A stretch of DNA of 64,000 bases, from NCBI GenBank assembly GCA_030390025.1, contig CM059433.1, positions 30,568,001 to 30,632,000 of the forward strand. The letters run 5' to 3'. Source of the DNA: Squalus acanthias (lineage: Eukaryota). A program made the position numbers and the translations under genes. Shown here one piece after another: positions 61,386-64,000 of this stretch. The notes beneath the pieces are model-generated. The model was not told the DNA's origin. It did not search any database and was given only the letters and a program-made list of their open reading frames with translations. How positions within the stretch are numbered: position 1 is the first letter of the stretch; every line of letters starts with the position of its first letter.

Positions 61386-62264
61386 TAAGTATGAGTTTTA
61401 GCCTGAATGATTGTGTCGGATGGCGTAATGTGTTCCACCTTTTTGTGTGGACAGGAATGCATGACAAGCAGCCCATGCAAGTTACAGTGCAAAATAACTT
61501 GATAATAGGCTAATTGTTAATCTCGAGGCACACTCCTCACATTCACAGCAAGCACACGGTTATAAATTTCAGCTGATTGGAGACGTGAGCCTGCCTATGC
61601 AAACTGCACTTTGTGATCATAAATCAAGACAGCGCTCAAACTGCAACACCCATTACTCATTCTACCCAGGCTCATGTGGAGCACTGTGTAGCTAGAACAG
61701 CAAAACAATAAGAGACACACACACACAGACAGACAGACAGACTGAGCTCAGGGAATGGGAGAGGAACGAGAGGCAAAGTAGAGACTGGAAGGCATCAGGT
61801 TGCAATTCCAGTTATACCCAGCGGCCTGCCAATCATATCCCAGCAGCACTGCATACCAGATGGCAAGTTTCTCGGGCTTCTTCTCGTGTTCTTTCCCAAG
61901 TCGCCCCGTAACAGTGCTCCCATCCTGGTGGGATACTTAATGACTCTGCTGAAAATAGCTCGGCTCTGGAATGCTGCTTTGATGCACGGGTCCCATTAGT
62001 ACCTAAACCCATTTACATTGAAAATAGAACTCAACAGAAATCATTTGTTAGCTTCCTCCGACAATCCACAGGCTTTTAAAGCCAAGTTGCCATCATCTAA
62101 TCATTACTCCTTCAGTTACCTATGGCTGCTTTTTCTATTCTTTTCATCCTTGGTGGTGTCATGTGATGCAGGCTATGGTTCTGCATCCAGGTTTCTCAAT
62201 CAATAACCTATTATATATGGTGTAATAAGAGTGACACTTCTTTCACTAATGCGTAGCTTTTCTA

Positions 62265-62540
62265 CAATTCATTCACGGGATGTGGGCATCGCTGGCAAGG
62301 TCATCATTTATCGCTCAACCCTCGTTGCCCTTGAGAAGGTGGTGGCAGGCTTTCTTCTTGAACCGCTGCAGTCAGTGAGGCGAAGGTACTCCCACAGTGC
62401 TGTTAGGTAGGGAGTTCCAGGACTTTGACCCAGCGACGATGAAGGAAGGGCTGATATATTTCCAAGTCGAGTTGGTGTACGACTTGGAGGGGAGCTTGGA
62501 GGTGATGGTGTTCCCATGTGCCTGCTGCCCTTGACCTTCT
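62265..62540 (-). mobile_element. Non-LTR retroelement 3' end, same family as 8870-10625
   Basis: Reverse complement matches the two flanks of the 9134-10415 insertion. Confidence 0.65.
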
Positions 62541-62927
62541 GGATAAATTATAACTAACAGTATTTTACTTTGAGGGTTTTAAAATTTGTCAGTTCTTCCA
62601 CTTACTTCAAGCAGATTTTCTTTTACTTCTTTACAAACAATGTTCCACGGTAACAAGTAATTAATAGATCATATGGCTTGTGATTAAAACTCCCATTAGA
62701 TCAATTTGAAGAAAACAAAGAGGTTTTGAGAATGGTTATTGCATGGCTCATTACAAATCCTAAGGGTTAGATAACCAATTAAGTTTTCTCCACCCAAAAT
62801 ATGAGTACACAGTTAAGTGAATAAAAACTGAAAGAGCTTCAGCACCAGGCTGTATATTGTTGGTCTCCTAAATGGTCAAGGTTTAAGTCTCAAGGCTGAC
62901 TAACAATCACATCTATGAGCCCGCATG

Positions 62928-62937
62928 GTGTCAGCCA

Positions 62938-62969
<32 letters not shown>

Positions 62970-63372
62970 GAGAAGGTTGTGGGTTCAAGAGACTTGAGCA
63001 CAAAATCTAGGCTGACGCTCCAGTGCAGTACTGAGGGAGTGTTTCACTGTCGGTGGTGTCGTTTTTCAGATGAGACCTTAAACCCAGGGCCCATCTGCCC
63101 TCTCAGGTGGCCGTAAAAGATCCCATGGCACTATTTTGAAGAAGAGCAGGGGTGTTCTCCCCTGTGTTCAGGCCTCACTTATGCTTCAGCCATCATCACT
63201 AAAGCAGGTGATCTGGTCATTATCACATTGCTATTTGTGGGAGCTTGCTGTGTGCAAATCCTGCTGCGTTTCCTGCATTACAACACTTCAAAAAGTATTT
63301 CATTGTTTAGGGCGCTTTGGGATGTCCTGAATTCATGAAAGGCACTAAATAAATGGAAATCTTTCTTTCTTT
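62928..63372 (+). mobile_element. Deu-type SINE
   Basis: Family head, core and tail. Confidence 0.8.
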
Positions 63373-63552
63373 CACAGAGGGTATGGCCAAGTCAGAACAA
63401 CCACTGAGCCATGTAGTAAGAAAATGCTCCATTTCAGAGAGGTACAGAAAATGGCAGAAAAATGACTAGAAGCTGTGCAACTTCAGTCAGTAGATCTAGA
63501 CAGCAGACAACAGCAACTTAAAACAACATCTTACATTTGTATAGAGCCTTGA

Positions 63553-64000
63553 ACATAGGAACATAGGAAGAGGAGTAGGCCTTGAGCCTGTTTCACCATT
63601 CAATTAGATCATGTCTGATCTGCACCTCAACTCTATCTACCCGCCTTGGTTCTGTAACCCTTAATATCCTCATCTAACAAAAATCTATCAATCTCAGTTT
63701 TGAAATGTGCAATTGACCCCCAGCCTCAGCAGCTTTCTGGGGGAGAGAGTTGCAGATTTCCACTACCCTTTGTGTGACAAAGTGCTTCCTGACATCACCC
63801 CTGAATGGCCTAGCTCTAATTTTAAGGTTATGTCCCCTTTGTTTCTGGGCACCCCACACCAGAGGAAATAGTTTCTCTCCATCTACCCTATCAACTCCTT
63901 TAATCATCTTAAACACCTCAATTAGATCACCCTTTAATGTTCTGTACACAATGGAATACAAGCCCAGTCGATGCAACCTGTCCTCCTAATTTAACCCTTT
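63553..64000 (-). mobile_element. CR1 3' fragment (runs off window)
   Basis: RLGLYSI...GDLIEVFKMIKG...HFVTQRVVEICNSLP peptide. Confidence 0.85.

Noticed and set aside
61740..62010. Unique-looking sequence tested as an upstream EYS exon
   Set aside because: Minus-strand frames from the candidate acceptor hit stops and gave no EYS-like peptide.
1..64000. CRISPR arrays, operons or other prokaryotic systems
   Set aside because: No regularly spaced repeat-spacer structure; the content is eukaryotic intron and transposon sequence.

Overview
Repeat-dense vertebrate genomic DNA, almost certainly from a shark or other cartilaginous fish (HE1-like V-SINEs, Deu-type tRNA SINEs, CR1/L2 LINEs). The whole window appears to lie inside one minus-strand gene, EYS (eyes shut homolog). 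Four GT-AG exons (34973-34777, 22892-22801, 21354-21204, 13005-12893; 197/92/151/113 nt) splice in frame into a laminin-G domain; two of them are missing from the ORF track. The rest is intronic. It contains a near-full-length decayed CR1 LINE (about 48060-51281), many CR1/L2 fragments and SINEs, a solo-LTR-like insert, and a decayed PIF/Harbinger transposon (44197-46632) with at least eight Harbinger-type MITEs. It also contains Penelope-derived elements carrying minimal hammerhead ribozyme motifs, a degenerate telomere-like array and a 3.55 kb GA-only tract. Two things stand out. (i) Non-coding Penelope-derived fold-back elements with target-site duplications (TSDs) put a hammerhead motif on both strands; one is a 594 bp spacer-less palindrome. 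(ii) One MITE family looks like a portable promoter plus splice-donor cassette. Family names are from recognition, not database searches, and repeat boundaries without a TSD are approximate.
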